Source: an uncultured Spirochaetaceae bacterium (GTDB lineage: Bacteria > Spirochaetota > Spirochaetia > SZUA-6 > DRHE01). From it: 64,000 bases of DNA. A program made the translations under genes and the position numbers. Below the pieces are notes generated by a model. The model did not search any database, was not told where the DNA came from, and worked only from the letters and a program-made list of their open reading frames with translations. The stretch covers positions 183 through 64,182 of the forward strand of contig CAYMGP010000009.1 in NCBI GenBank assembly GCA_964390045.1, written 5' to 3'. This document shows positions 1 through 9,900 of this stretch, in pieces; the stretch's first letter is position 1; each line of letters begins with the position of its first letter.

Positions 1-918
1 GGCGTGCTTATCCATATGTTCGAGAATGCCTCGCATATCCTTGAAGAACAGCAGATGGCGCAGAATGTTGACCTTGTCCGGGCCGATGGTTTGGGAAAAA
101 AGGCGCGCCCGGGACCACTCCATATTTTTCTCGCTGCCCGCCATGATTGCGATGCCGGCTCCGGGAAGAGAAATTTTTGAAGTCGAGCCGAAAACAAGAA
201 CTCTCTCGGGATTGCCCGCCTTTTCACAGGCCGTCACGATGTTCTTCAAGGCGGCCGGCCCCCCGCCGAGGTGGTGAACGTTGTAGGCGTTGTCCCAGAG
301 GATGAGGAAATCGGCATCTGCTGTGTTCATGGCAGCCAGGCGGTCCACCGTATCATCCGAGTACACGACCCCGGACGGGTTGCTGTATTTGGGCACACAC
401 CACATTCCCCGAATCGCCGCATCCTCTGCAACAAGGCTTTCTACCTCCGCCATGTCGGGACCTTCGCGCCCGAGCGCCACGGGTATCATTTCGATGCCGA
501 AGTGCTCGCAGATCGAAAAGTGCCTGTCATATCCAGGTACGGGACAGAGGAACTTGTTTCGCCCGCCGAACCAGGATCGACCGCCGCCTGACGTTCCGTG
601 CGTCATGCACTGGGCCACGGTATCGTACATCATGTTCAGACTGGAGTTCCCGCCAATGATTACCTGCTGCGGGGGAACATCCAAATACTCGCCAAACAAG
701 GCCTTGGCTTCGGGAAAGCCGTCCAGTCCTCCGTAGTTGCGCGTATCCAATCCTGACGGAGTCAGGTAACTGCGCTCGTCTACCATTGCCAGGAGAGGAC
801 TGGAGATGTCCAGTTGCTCGGCTCCTGGTTTGCCGCGGGTCATGTCGAGGGAGAGCTTCTGCAACCGAAACTCTTCTATTCTGCTTTTGAGGGCTTTTTT
901 TCTTTGCTCCGCCACCAC
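1..918 (-). CDS. PLP-dependent aminotransferase class I/II (Rv3722c/AspAT-like); 3' end lies outside the window
   Basis: Not in the ORF track. Manual translation gives LDMTRGKP..NYGGLDG..GGNSSL..PGYDRHF..WCVPKYSNPSG..WDNAY..STSKI (PLP lysine). GGAGG precedes the GTG at 918. Confidence 0.85.
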   Translation of the reverse strand, partial: MVAEQRKKALKSRIEEFRLQKLSLDMTRGKPGAEQLDISSPLLAMVDERSYLTPSGLDTRNYGGLDGFPEAKALFGEYLDVPPQQVIIGGNSSLNMMYDTVAQCMTHGTSGGGRSWFGGRNKFLCPVPGYDRHFSICEHFGIEMIPVALGREGPDMAEVESLVAEDAAIRGMWCVPKYSNPSGVVYSDDTVDRLAAMNTADADFLILWDNAYNVHHLGGGPAALKNIVTACEKAGNPERVLVFGSTSKISLPGAGIAIMAGSEKNMEWSRARLFSQTIGPDKVNILRHLLFFKDMRGILEHMDKHA

Positions 919-1012
919 TTGATAATCCTCCGTATTTCAAAATACATCTGACAATACGGCAATGTGCGGGCCGTGGTCAACGCACAGGCCGCGGTCAGCG
1001 GGCTGAACGGGC

Positions 1013-1999
1013 TCAACGCGCCAGCCAGGGCAGGGCTTCGAGATCCAGATTACCGCCTGAGAGGATGATCCCGATGCGTCTGTTCGCGACAGCCCGGGGC
1101 TGCTCGAGCACGGCGGCAAAGGGCACGGCAGCCGAGGGCTCGATGAGGATCTTCATTCGCTCCCAGATGCGGCGCATCGCCGTTACGATCGACTCTTCCT
1201 CCACCGTGATGATCTCGCGGACGTGGCGGCGGATGATGGGGAAGGTCAGCTTGCCGAGGGAGGTCCGCAGGCCGTCGGCGATCGTCTGCGGATTGACGGA
1301 TGGATGGATGCGGCCGTCGCGCAGCGATCGATAGGCGTCATCGGCGCCTTTGGGTTCGGCGGCGATCACCTCGATTCGCGGATCGAGGTAATGGCTGGCC
1401 AGAGCTGTACCGCTGATCAGGCCGCCTCCTCCGACGGGAGCCATCACCATATCAAGACCGGGTACTTCCTCGATCAGCTCCAGGGCACAGGTGCCCTGGC
1501 CGGCGATGACTCTGGGATCGTCGTAGGGATGAATGAAAGCCGCCCCCGTCTTTTGTACCACCTGTTCCAGGGTTTGCTCCCTGTCCTTCTGGGTCGGCCG
1601 GCAGAAAACAATGCCGGCGCCGTAGCCCCGAACGGCGGCAACCTTGATCTTCGGCGAGTTTTCCGGCATGACGATGTGTGCCGGAATCCCCTTTAGGTTT
1701 GCCGCCAGAGCCAGGGCCTGGGCGTGATTTCCCGAAGAATGGGTGGCGACACCTTTCTTTGCTTCTGCATCGCTGAGCGAGAAGACGGCGTTGGCGGCGC
1801 CCCGAAATTTGAAGGCGCCAACCCTCTGAAAGTTCTCGCATTTGAAATAGATCTCGGCTCCGGCCATGGAGTTGAGGCTGCTCGAAGTCATAACAGGCGT
1901 GCGGTGAGCATAAGGCCGGATACGAACGGCCGCTTCGCGGATCGCCTGCAAGCTCGGTGCGGATGGGGGCTCCGGGGATCGTTCTTTGGATTCGTTCAT
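1013..1999 (-). CDS. PLP-dependent serine/threonine dehydratase or serine racemase family
   Basis: FKCENFQRVGAFKFRGA, SSGNHAQ, PVGGGGL and EPSAAV motifs; no ACT domain; start moved to MNESK. Confidence 0.9.
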   Translation of the reverse strand: MNESKERSPEPPSAPSLQAIREAAVRIRPYAHRTPVMTSSSLNSMAGAEIYFKCENFQRVGAFKFRGAANAVFSLSDAEAKKGVATHSSGNHAQALALAANLKGIPAHIVMPENSPKIKVAAVRGYGAGIVFCRPTQKDREQTLEQVVQKTGAAFIHPYDDPRVIAGQGTCALELIEEVPGLDMVMAPVGGGGLISGTALASHYLDPRIEVIAAEPKGADDAYRSLRDGRIHPSVNPQTIADGLRTSLGKLTFPIIRRHVREIITVEEESIVTAMRRIWERMKILIEPSAAVPFAAVLEQPRAVANRRIGIILSGGNLDLEALPWLAR

Positions 2000-2146
2000 A
2001 ATCTTTCTGAGTGTACATTGAAGCAGGCGGCGGGGAGAAGCGTCCGTTTCACCTGACGGGAGGCAATGCAGAGGGCACGGAGTCATGGAGAGATTTATTT
2101 GATTTGTTTGGTAAGGATAGTTAAATTTCCTAAGAGAACGGCAACG

Positions 2147-4327
2147 ATGAATCAGAACGAAGAAATCGATTTAAAAGCCCTGGACTGCGCGGTCTGCGGG
2201 ATCACGGTCTCCAGTCAGTCGCACAAACACAGCTCGGTGTTCTATATTCCCGAGATGGATTGCGATGAAGAAATCGCCCTGATCCGCAGGAAACTGAACG
2301 CTCTCGAAGGTATTCTGGATCTTGAGTTCAATATGGTTTCCCAAAAGCTCACAGTGGAGCACAGGAGCGCTCATGAGAAGATCGTCCGAGCCCTGAGAGA
2401 AATCAAGATGAGCCCGCAAGAAAAACGGATCGAACACGACGAGAAAGCCGGGTTCTGGGAAACTCGCGGTCGCTTGATCCTGACGATACTCTCCGGGCTG
2501 TTGGCGGGCGCCGGATTCCTGCTCTCTCGGCTTGAGCTTCGGCCTCTGATCCCCGTCTCTCTGTACTCGGCGGCCATCCTGGCAGGTGGCTGGCTCGTGG
2601 CTCGAAAAGCATTCTACGCGCTGCGCAGCCTGAGCCTCGATATCAATGTTCTCATGGCCCTGGCGGTTGCAGGGGCGGCTGTCATCGGCGAGTGGCTCGA
2701 AGGGGCAACCGTGATCTTTCTCTTCTCCCTCGCCAACCTGCTCGAATCGTACAGCATGAACCGAGCCCGCCGTTCCATCACCAGCCTGATGGACCTCGCA
2801 CCGAACGTGGCCCGCCTGCGCAGCTCAGACGGGGAGAAGACGGTGGCCGTGGAAGAGGTTCGCATCGGCGATCTGCTGGTCGTGCGGCCGGGAGAGCGGA
2901 TTGCCCTGGACGGCGGTGTACAGGCGGGACATTCCGGAGTGGATCAGTCCCCGATTACAGGGGAGTCCATGCCTGTGGAGAAGGCGGTGGGAGATATGGT
3001 GTTCGGGGGATCGATCAACGGGGATGGGTATTTGGAGATCCGGGTGACGAACCTCTCCCGGGATACGACCCTTGCCCGGATCATCCACAGCGTGGAGGAG
3101 GCGCATTCCCGCAAGGCCCCTGCTCAGAGCTTCGTGGACAAGTTCGCTAAATACTACACACCGGCCGTCGTTTTGGCCGCCGCTCTGGTGGCTGTGCTTC
3201 CCCCATTGCTCACGCCGGCGTCCTGGGGTTTGTGGTTTTACAGGGCCCTGGTGCTGCTCGTCGTGGCCTGTCCCTGTGCCCTGGTGATTTCCACGCCCGT
3301 GACCATCGTCAGTGCTCTTGCCAGGGCAACCCGTGACGGTATTCTCTTCAAGGGAGGAGTGTTCCTCGAAGCTATCGGCTCTCTGAAAGCCTTCGCCTTC
3401 GACAAAACAGGAACTCTGACCTACGGCAAGCCGGAGATCAGTTCTGTAATAGCGCTCAAGGAAACCGAAGAGTCCGAGGTGCTGCGCATCGCCGCAGCCA
3501 TTGAATCCCGCTCCGAGCATCATTTGGCCGGGGCGATTCTGAGAGAGGCCTCCAGAGGAGGGCTGAAGATTCCCGCAGCCGGTGACTTTCGCGCTTTGGC
3601 GGGAAAGGGTGCGACCGCCACGATCAAAGGACGACGCTTCTACATTGGCAACCACAGGTTGTTCGAAGAAATGGGCTGGTGCTATCCTGAGCTCGATCGG
3701 CGCCTCGAAACTCTGGAGAAAGAGGGTAAGACAGCCGTGATTCTCGGTGCCGACTCCGTGGTCCTCGCCGTTCTGACGATCTCGGATAATCCGAGAGATG
3801 AGTCTGAGCAGGCGGTAGCCGCGTTGAAGCGCCTCGGTGTACGCCGCACGGTTCTTCTGACAGGAGACAACAGGTCCACCGCTGCCGCTATAGCCGGTCG
3901 GGTTGGCCTGGACGACTGCCGCGCGGAGCTTCTTCCCGAGGACAAGGTGAAGGCTGTACGGCAGCTCGTCGAAGATTACGGAGGCGTCGCCATGGTTGGA
4001 GACGGGATCAACGACGCTCCGGCTCTGGCATCAGCTACGGTGGGGATCGCCATGGGTGTGGCAGGAAGCGACGCGGCCTTGGAGACAGCCGATGTAGCAT
4101 TGATGTCCGACGATCTGAGCAAGCTGCCCCTGGCAGTGCAGTTGGGCAGACGGGCAATGCGCCTGATCAAGCAAAATATCTCTTTTTCGATCCTGCTGAA
4201 AGCTGTATTCCTCGCTCTGACTCCTTTCGGCCTGACCACTCTGTGGATGGCGGTGCTGGCCGACATGGGCGCCAGCCTGTTGGTGATCTTCAACGGCCTG
4301 CGGGCCTTGAGCAGGCGGATTCGCTGA
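2147..4327 (+). CDS. cadA: Heavy-metal (Zn/Cd/Pb) P1B-type ATPase
   Basis: HMA-like MDCDEE, TGES, CPC, DKTGT, SEHH and GDGINDAP motifs. Confidence 0.9.
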   Translation: MNQNEEIDLKALDCAVCGITVSSQSHKHSSVFYIPEMDCDEEIALIRRKLNALEGILDLEFNMVSQKLTVEHRSAHEKIVRALREIKMSPQEKRIEHDEKAGFWETRGRLILTILSGLLAGAGFLLSRLELRPLIPVSLYSAAILAGGWLVARKAFYALRSLSLDINVLMALAVAGAAVIGEWLEGATVIFLFSLANLLESYSMNRARRSITSLMDLAPNVARLRSSDGEKTVAVEEVRIGDLLVVRPGERIALDGGVQAGHSGVDQSPITGESMPVEKAVGDMVFGGSINGDGYLEIRVTNLSRDTTLARIIHSVEEAHSRKAPAQSFVDKFAKYYTPAVVLAAALVAVLPPLLTPASWGLWFYRALVLLVVACPCALVISTPVTIVSALARATRDGILFKGGVFLEAIGSLKAFAFDKTGTLTYGKPEISSVIALKETEESEVLRIAAAIESRSEHHLAGAILREASRGGLKIPAAGDFRALAGKGATATIKGRRFYIGNHRLFEEMGWCYPELDRRLETLEKEGKTAVILGADSVVLAVLTISDNPRDESEQAVAALKRLGVRRTVLLTGDNRSTAAAIAGRVGLDDCRAELLPEDKVKAVRQLVEDYGGVAMVGDGINDAPALASATVGIAMGVAGSDAALETADVALMSDDLSKLPLAVQLGRRAMRLIKQNISFSILLKAVFLALTPFGLTTLWMAVLADMGASLLVIFNGLRALSRRIR

Positions 4328-4399
4328 CGACCGCGGCATTGGTTGCTCTCAGCGCCCTCGGGAAGCGGTTGATTTTTCTTTACTCTAGTGCAGAGGACT

Positions 4400-5509
4400 C
4401 TAAAGAAGGGCTTCGACGGCCTCGGCAATGGTGAGACAGGCCGTCAGACCGGGTGATTCGATGCCCACCAGGTTCACGAGTCCGGGAAGACCTCGATCTC
4501 CCTCTTCGTGTATAATGAAATCCCTTATAGGTTCATCCCTTTCGTAGAGCCTCGGACGAATACCAGACATGTCGGGAGCCAGGTCTTCGAGATTCACAAA
4601 GGGAAGAATTCTATGGGCCTTCTCGTAGAAATCCTTTTGGTGGTCCGCATCTACACCATAGTCGAGCTCGTCCACGTACACGGCGCTGGGTCCGATCTTC
4701 AAGCGGTCATCGAGACCAAGCACTGCATGGGTTCCCAGATGAATCGGCGAGGGCACGGGATAGACCAGCCGCCCCACTTTGCCGGAATGGCGGCCGGAGA
4801 TGCTGAAATATTCGCCTTTGCAGGGAAAGATACGGTAGCCTTCGCTGTCTATCTCGATTCCCGCCATCCAGGCGATTTTGTCAGAGGAAAGTCCGGCGGA
4901 GTTGATCACCACGGTGCTTTCCAGCTGCACGTACTCTCCATCGGCGTCCTTGATCTCCACGACGTATCCATCGGGGCTCTTTTCCAGCCCGATAACTTCC
5001 GTGCCGTAAGCGATCATGACACCCCGCTGTTCAGCGGTCTGCTCAAAATATCTCATCAGCCGGTGGGAATCGATGATGCCGCTCTCCGGGCTGTAAAGGG
5101 CGACACCGGGGAAGCTATAGGGCTCCAGAGCCTGAACTTCGTCTTTGCTGAGAAGGCACACACCGGCCGCACCATTGGTATTGGCCTGCTGCAAGACGGC
5201 AGCGAGCTTCTCCTCGTCGGCCTCGTTCGTTGCTACTATGATCTTTCCTGTCTTACGGTGGGGAATACCGACTTTTTTACACAGCTCATAGAGCATTGGA
5301 TTGCCGCGTACGCAGAGTGTGGTTCTTAGAAATCTTTCCGGGTAGTAGAGGCCGGAGTGGATCACTTCGCTGTTGCGGGAGGAGGTCTCCCTTCCGAATC
5401 CGTCGTTCCGTTCTACGACCACGATATCCGTTGTTCGGCCTGAGAGCCGTTCGGCAATGGCTAAACCTACGACTCCGGCTCCTACGATTACGATTTCTAC
5501 CCGTTCCAC
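4400..5509 (-). CDS. FAD-dependent oxidoreductase, L-2-hydroxyglutarate oxidase (LhgO) family
   Basis: GAGVVG, TSSRNSEVIHSG, KGEY, GIRP and GIESPGLT motifs. Confidence 0.85.
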   Translation of the reverse strand: MERVEIVIVGAGVVGLAIAERLSGRTTDIVVVERNDGFGRETSSRNSEVIHSGLYYPERFLRTTLCVRGNPMLYELCKKVGIPHRKTGKIIVATNEADEEKLAAVLQQANTNGAAGVCLLSKDEVQALEPYSFPGVALYSPESGIIDSHRLMRYFEQTAEQRGVMIAYGTEVIGLEKSPDGYVVEIKDADGEYVQLESTVVINSAGLSSDKIAWMAGIEIDSEGYRIFPCKGEYFSISGRHSGKVGRLVYPVPSPIHLGTHAVLGLDDRLKIGPSAVYVDELDYGVDADHQKDFYEKAHRILPFVNLEDLAPDMSGIRPRLYERDEPIRDFIIHEEGDRGLPGLVNLVGIESPGLTACLTIAEAVEALL

Positions 5510-5516
5510 GCAGTGA

Positions 5517-5545
5517 ATAATAACGAAGCCGGTGCGGCGGGGCAA
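5517..5545 (-). promoter_or_regulatory. Sigma70-type promoter, probably leaderless
   Basis: TTGCCC-N17-TATTAT, 7 nt before the GTG at 5509; no SD. Confidence 0.55.
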
Positions 5546-5675
5546 GTGGCGACCGCGCGGCTGCGTGCGCGCGCCTGCGAAAGGTGGGTTCGGGGGTCAA
5601 AGCGGTCAAGCGAAAAAGAATGGTTTTATTGGGGCGAGGGGTGGTGTATGATGAAGCTCAATACTGGAGGCAGGC

Positions 5676-6161
5676 ATGATTGATGATACGAAGCTCAGGG
5701 AGCAGCTTATCGATCACCTCTCAGGGCACGGAGCCCATATCGACTTCGATACGGCTCTCGACGGGTTTCCGATCGAGCTAGCCGGCAAGCACGTCCCCAA
5801 TCTCGCTCACACAGCCTGGCAGCTCGTCTATCATCTCTGGATCGCCCAGTGGGATATTCTCGAGTTCTGCAAAGATTCCAGGCACATATCTCCGGATTAC
5901 CCCTCCGGGTACTGGCCTCAGGAGGACGGACCGGAAAGCGAAGAGCGCTGGAACGAGACTGTCGATTCCTTCCGCAGGGATCTGAAAGCTGTCACCGCCC
6001 TGGTTCGGGATCCGGCCAATGACCTGCTCGCTTCATTTCCCTGTGGCGACGGGCAGAATCTGCTGCGGGAAGCGATCTTGATCATCGATCACAACTCCTA
6101 TCACATTGGCCAGCTCGTCGATATCCGTATGCTTCTCGATGTCGCGGTGCGGGATTGGTGA
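5676..6161 (+). CDS. DinB family protein
   Basis: WQLVYHL..QWDIL and DHNSYHIGQ motifs; GGAGG SD. Confidence 0.85.
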   Translation: MIDDTKLREQLIDHLSGHGAHIDFDTALDGFPIELAGKHVPNLAHTAWQLVYHLWIAQWDILEFCKDSRHISPDYPSGYWPQEDGPESEERWNETVDSFRRDLKAVTALVRDPANDLLASFPCGDGQNLLREAILIIDHNSYHIGQLVDIRMLLDVAVRDW

Positions 6162-6168
6162 ACCTCTG

Positions 6169-7293
6169 TTAAACCTTCTTGGAGAAAAGCCTGTACGTCT
6201 TGTAGATTTTAGCACCCCAGTTTTCAATGGCGTTGCGCATCGGCAGGTTGTCCTCCAGAATCCAGGAAGCCTCTCCCCTGTGGAATCCGTGCTTGTTGGC
6301 GCGGGTATAGGTTTCGTAGTAGAAGATAGCGTCGAGGCCCAAGCCCTGGAACTTTTTCCGAACCCCCAAGTTGAGGACACGGAGCATGTCGACCTTTCTC
6401 GAGTACCAGAGCAGCTTGAGCAAGCCTAAGGGGAACAGCCGGCCGTTTTTTATCCGCTTCATCGCTTGATTGAGGTCGGGCAGGGAGAGAGCCCAGCCGG
6501 CCAGCTCTCCGTTCACATAGGCAAAGAGGATCAGATCCGGGATGGCCGCCATTTTCAGATCTTCCGCCGTATGCTCCAGCTCCTCGTCTGTCCAGGGAAC
6601 GAAGCCCCAATTCCTCTCCCAGGCATCGTTATAGACGATCTTTATTAGCTTTATCTCCTCTTGGAGCTTTTTCAGGTTGGCGGCGCGAACCGTAACATTT
6701 TTCCGCTTGCGTACCAGCTCGGCCACACGCTGGATCTTGTCGGAGATCGGGATGATGTCCTCCATATAGTAGGCGTACAGGTCGTGAGCCTTCTTCAAAC
6801 CGCAGTCTTCAACGAGCTTCACGTAGTACTCGGGATTGTAGGGCATCTGCAGAACCGGTGATTTGTCAAAGGCGTCGATAAGCAGACCCAGGTTGTTGTT
6901 CGTGGATGGATTGGCAGGACCGAGTATTCTGTTCATTCCCCGATCCCGTATCCATTTCTCCGCTTTCGCGAACAGGGCCCGGGATACCGCCTCGTCATCT
7001 ATGGACTCGAAGAAGCCGAAGAAGCCTGTTTTTTCCTTCTGAAAATCGTTGTAGTTGTGATCTATGATGGCCGAGATGCGGCCCACCAGCTGCCCGTCTC
7101 TACGGGCCAGGTAGCTCTGGATCTCGCTGTGCATGAAAAAGGGATTTTTTTCGGTGTCGAGCAATCCCTTCTGCTCCATGAGCAGGGGGGGAACCCAGTA
7201 CGGGTCTCCTTTGTAGATCTTCCAGGGGAGTTTGATGAATGCGTTGAGCTCTCGTTTGGAAGTAACGGGAATGATCTCCAGATTGTCCGGCAT
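6169..7293 (-). CDS. Double-GNAT-fold N-acetyltransferase-like protein (YghO-like)
   Basis: DPYWVPPL, GRISA, FGFFE, YNPEYY, NWGFVP and SWILEDN motifs. Confidence 0.75.
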   Translation of the reverse strand: MPDNLEIIPVTSKRELNAFIKLPWKIYKGDPYWVPPLLMEQKGLLDTEKNPFFMHSEIQSYLARRDGQLVGRISAIIDHNYNDFQKEKTGFFGFFESIDDEAVSRALFAKAEKWIRDRGMNRILGPANPSTNNNLGLLIDAFDKSPVLQMPYNPEYYVKLVEDCGLKKAHDLYAYYMEDIIPISDKIQRVAELVRKRKNVTVRAANLKKLQEEIKLIKIVYNDAWERNWGFVPWTDEELEHTAEDLKMAAIPDLILFAYVNGELAGWALSLPDLNQAMKRIKNGRLFPLGLLKLLWYSRKVDMLRVLNLGVRKKFQGLGLDAIFYYETYTRANKHGFHRGEASWILEDNLPMRNAIENWGAKIYKTYRLFSKKV

Positions 7294-7373
7294 ATGCAAT
7301 CTCCTCGTTGATGGTAGTTTTACAGGTAAAATCCGGCATTGTCAAATGTAGAAATACGATCCATAGCTAAATA

Positions 7374-8282
7374 TCACGGTTGCAAAGCGTTGCGTCTGTT
7401 GCCGAGACCGAGTACCCGGAAAGCCAGGGGCGCACCCAGCCCGATCCATAGTCCGAGCAGGGCGTAGCGCACAAAACGGAATAGGAGATAGAAGGCTTCC
7501 CCCTCTTCGGGAAAAAACAATTTCAGTCCGAGGTATAGAGCAACAAGGATAACGAGACCCACGGGGAACCTGAAAATCCGCTTCCATAGGCTTCCCGAGG
7601 AGGTGTCTGCAAACAGGCGAGTAAGAATCAGTACCCCGTGGGTGAATCCCCAAAACGCGGCCATTACGGTTACCGTGTCCTTGTTATGGTCGAGTGCAAG
7701 CGCCAAGGCGGTGAATACGCTGATCAGGCCCAGGGCTAGGGGCAGGGAGATTCGTTTGCCCCAAGATGCGATTGCCGGCGCGAAACGTGAAAAAGCGAAC
7801 AGGAGCAAAGCTCCCAGCAGCCAGCCGGCCAGAACATCTGTTGGAAAATGCACGCCGAGATAGATTCTCGAAAGGCCGATCAGCAGGATGAGCAGCCCGG
7901 CAATCACCCAACTCCAACACTTTTTCATGGTGAGGGCCAGGCTTCCCCATATAACAAACGCCGTCTGCGCGTGTCCGCTGGGAAGACCGTAGCCACTGGC
8001 TTCAATGATATTGAGACCGGGTTTCAATACGAAAGGCCGGGGCTGGGTGAAAAGATCCTTGAGCCCGTAGTTGAGAAATCCGGAAACAAGAAAGAGCAAA
8101 GCCAACCTGGTTCCCAACCCGGCATCGAGACACCAATAGAGAAGCGGGAAGAGCAGCAGCAAAAACTCCTCGTCACCGAGAAAAGTGACGCCCTTGAAAA
8201 AGATGTCGGCGAAGGGCCCGCCCACACTCTGCAGCGCCTCTATGAGCTGTATTCCCCATGTGTATATTGCGGCCATAGCCAT
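7374..8282 (-). CDS. PAP2-family membrane phosphatase
   Basis: K..RP, PSGH and SRIYLGVHF..D motifs; several TM helices. Confidence 0.9.
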   Translation of the reverse strand: MAMAAIYTWGIQLIEALQSVGGPFADIFFKGVTFLGDEEFLLLLFPLLYWCLDAGLGTRLALLFLVSGFLNYGLKDLFTQPRPFVLKPGLNIIEASGYGLPSGHAQTAFVIWGSLALTMKKCWSWVIAGLLILLIGLSRIYLGVHFPTDVLAGWLLGALLLFAFSRFAPAIASWGKRISLPLALGLISVFTALALALDHNKDTVTVMAAFWGFTHGVLILTRLFADTSSGSLWKRIFRFPVGLVILVALYLGLKLFFPEEGEAFYLLFRFVRYALLGLWIGLGAPLAFRVLGLGNRRNALQP

Positions 8283-8340
8283 ATTGAGGCATAAAACAAG
8301 CGAGTAAACAAGTAGCTGGATCGCGGTAGGACATTGCCTC

Positions 8341-9801
8341 TCAGCCCTTGATATTGCCCACGGGAATGAGCTTGACCACCGGTCGGCTCAAGCCCGCCAG
8401 TTCTATGGCCCGCACCACTTCGTCGATATCCTTGTAGGCAGCCCCGGCTTCCTCGGCCAGGCTGCCGTAGGAAACACTGCGGATGTAGATTCCCCGCTCC
8501 CGCAAGCGCTTTTCCAGATCCTTTCCCCGGAACTGTTTTCTCGCCTGCCGCCGTCCCATGGTGCGCCCGCTGCCGTGTGCCGTGGTGAAGTAAGCCTGCT
8601 CGCCGCTGGCCACCCCGGCCAGCAGGTAGGAGCCTGTCTCCATACTGCCGCCGATGATCACCGGCTGACCCGCCTCTCTGTACTCTCTCGGAATATCCCT
8701 CATACCCGGAGCAAAGGCCCGAGTAGCGCCTTTACGGTGGACGAGCAGCTGCCGCCGTTTTCCGCCCACCTTGTGGCGCTCGATCTTCGCCGTGTTGTGG
8801 GTCACGTCGTAGATCTGATGCAGGCCCAGATCCATTGGTTCCCGGCCGAAGATCTCGGCGAACACCTCGCGGATTCTGTGCAGGATAAGCTGCCTGTTGA
8901 CAAAGGCCATGTTGATGGCACAGTTCATGGCTCGAAAGTAATCCTGTCCTTCCGGGGACTGGAAGGGAGCGCAGGCCAGCTGTCTGTCCCGCAGGGGTAT
9001 ACCATACTTGGACTGGCTCACATTGAGGAACTTTTGCAGATAGTCCGATGCGATCTGATGACCGAATCCCCGGCTGCCGCAGTGGAACATTACCATCACT
9101 TGTTCGGGCCGGTTGATTCCAAAGGCGCCTGCCAGTTTTTTATCGAAGATGTTTTCCGGTTTGACCACCTGGATCTCCAGGTAGTGATTGCCTGAACCCA
9201 GGGTCCCGACCTGTTCGAGGCCGCGCTCCACGGCCCTCTCGCTGACCTTGGAGGCATCGGCGGCGGCCATGCAGCCCTTCTCCTCGGTCCGCTCGAGGTC
9301 CTGCTCGACGGCGTACCCCTTTTTCAGGCACCATTTCATCCCCTGCTCGCAGAGAGTCAAAAACTCCCCTCGGGACAGCTTCAGAGATCCCTTTCCTCCG
9401 ACACCGGCCGGGATGCGGGCGAAAAGCCTTTCCACGAGCTGAGGCAGTTTCGGCCTGACCTCATCCCAGCTCAGAGAGGTCGCGACCAGGCGCATGCCGC
9501 AGTTGATGTCGAAGCCGATACCTCCGGGAGAGATCACGCCCTCTTCAATGTCAAAGGCGGCCATCCCGCCGATAGGGAAACCGTAGCCGCTGTGTCCGTC
9601 GGGCATACAGAAGGAGTAGCCCACGATACCGGGAAGTGTGGCCACATTGCTGGCCTGTTCGAGAACGGCGCTGTCCAGGCTGCGCATCAGCTTTTCTGTA
9701 GCGTAGATACGGGCGGGAACTCGCATTCCCGCTTTGTATGAGGTAGGTGCTTCCCACAACGCGTCGTCTATCTTTTTCAGCCCTCTGATTGCCATCTGCA
9801 C
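8341..9801 (-). CDS. rtcB: RNA ligase RtcB (archaeal/eukaryote-like long form)
   Basis: MPDGHSGYGFPIGG, DINCG, GSGNHY, HRKGAT and HGSGR motifs. Confidence 0.95.
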   Translation of the reverse strand: MQMAIRGLKKIDDALWEAPTSYKAGMRVPARIYATEKLMRSLDSAVLEQASNVATLPGIVGYSFCMPDGHSGYGFPIGGMAAFDIEEGVISPGGIGFDINCGMRLVATSLSWDEVRPKLPQLVERLFARIPAGVGGKGSLKLSRGEFLTLCEQGMKWCLKKGYAVEQDLERTEEKGCMAAADASKVSERAVERGLEQVGTLGSGNHYLEIQVVKPENIFDKKLAGAFGINRPEQVMVMFHCGSRGFGHQIASDYLQKFLNVSQSKYGIPLRDRQLACAPFQSPEGQDYFRAMNCAINMAFVNRQLILHRIREVFAEIFGREPMDLGLHQIYDVTHNTAKIERHKVGGKRRQLLVHRKGATRAFAPGMRDIPREYREAGQPVIIGGSMETGSYLLAGVASGEQAYFTTAHGSGRTMGRRQARKQFRGKDLEKRLRERGIYIRSVSYGSLAEEAGAAYKDIDEVVRAIELAGLSRPVVKLIPVGNIKG

Positions 9802-9900
9802 TAAATTTACATACTCCCTGCTCCGAAATTCAATAGCGATTCGAGCAATTCAAAGCACCGATTCGTGGCAGCGAAGCGGATGGGTGTGTATACTGTTGAG

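Noticed and set aside
527-940. 137-aa minus-strand ORF
   Set aside because: Out-of-frame shadow of the aminotransferase that starts at 918.
8341-9801. RtcB as part of an RNA-repair or intein system
   Set aside because: No rtcA, rtcR, archease, Ro/Y-RNA or intein nearby; it is a stand-alone gene.
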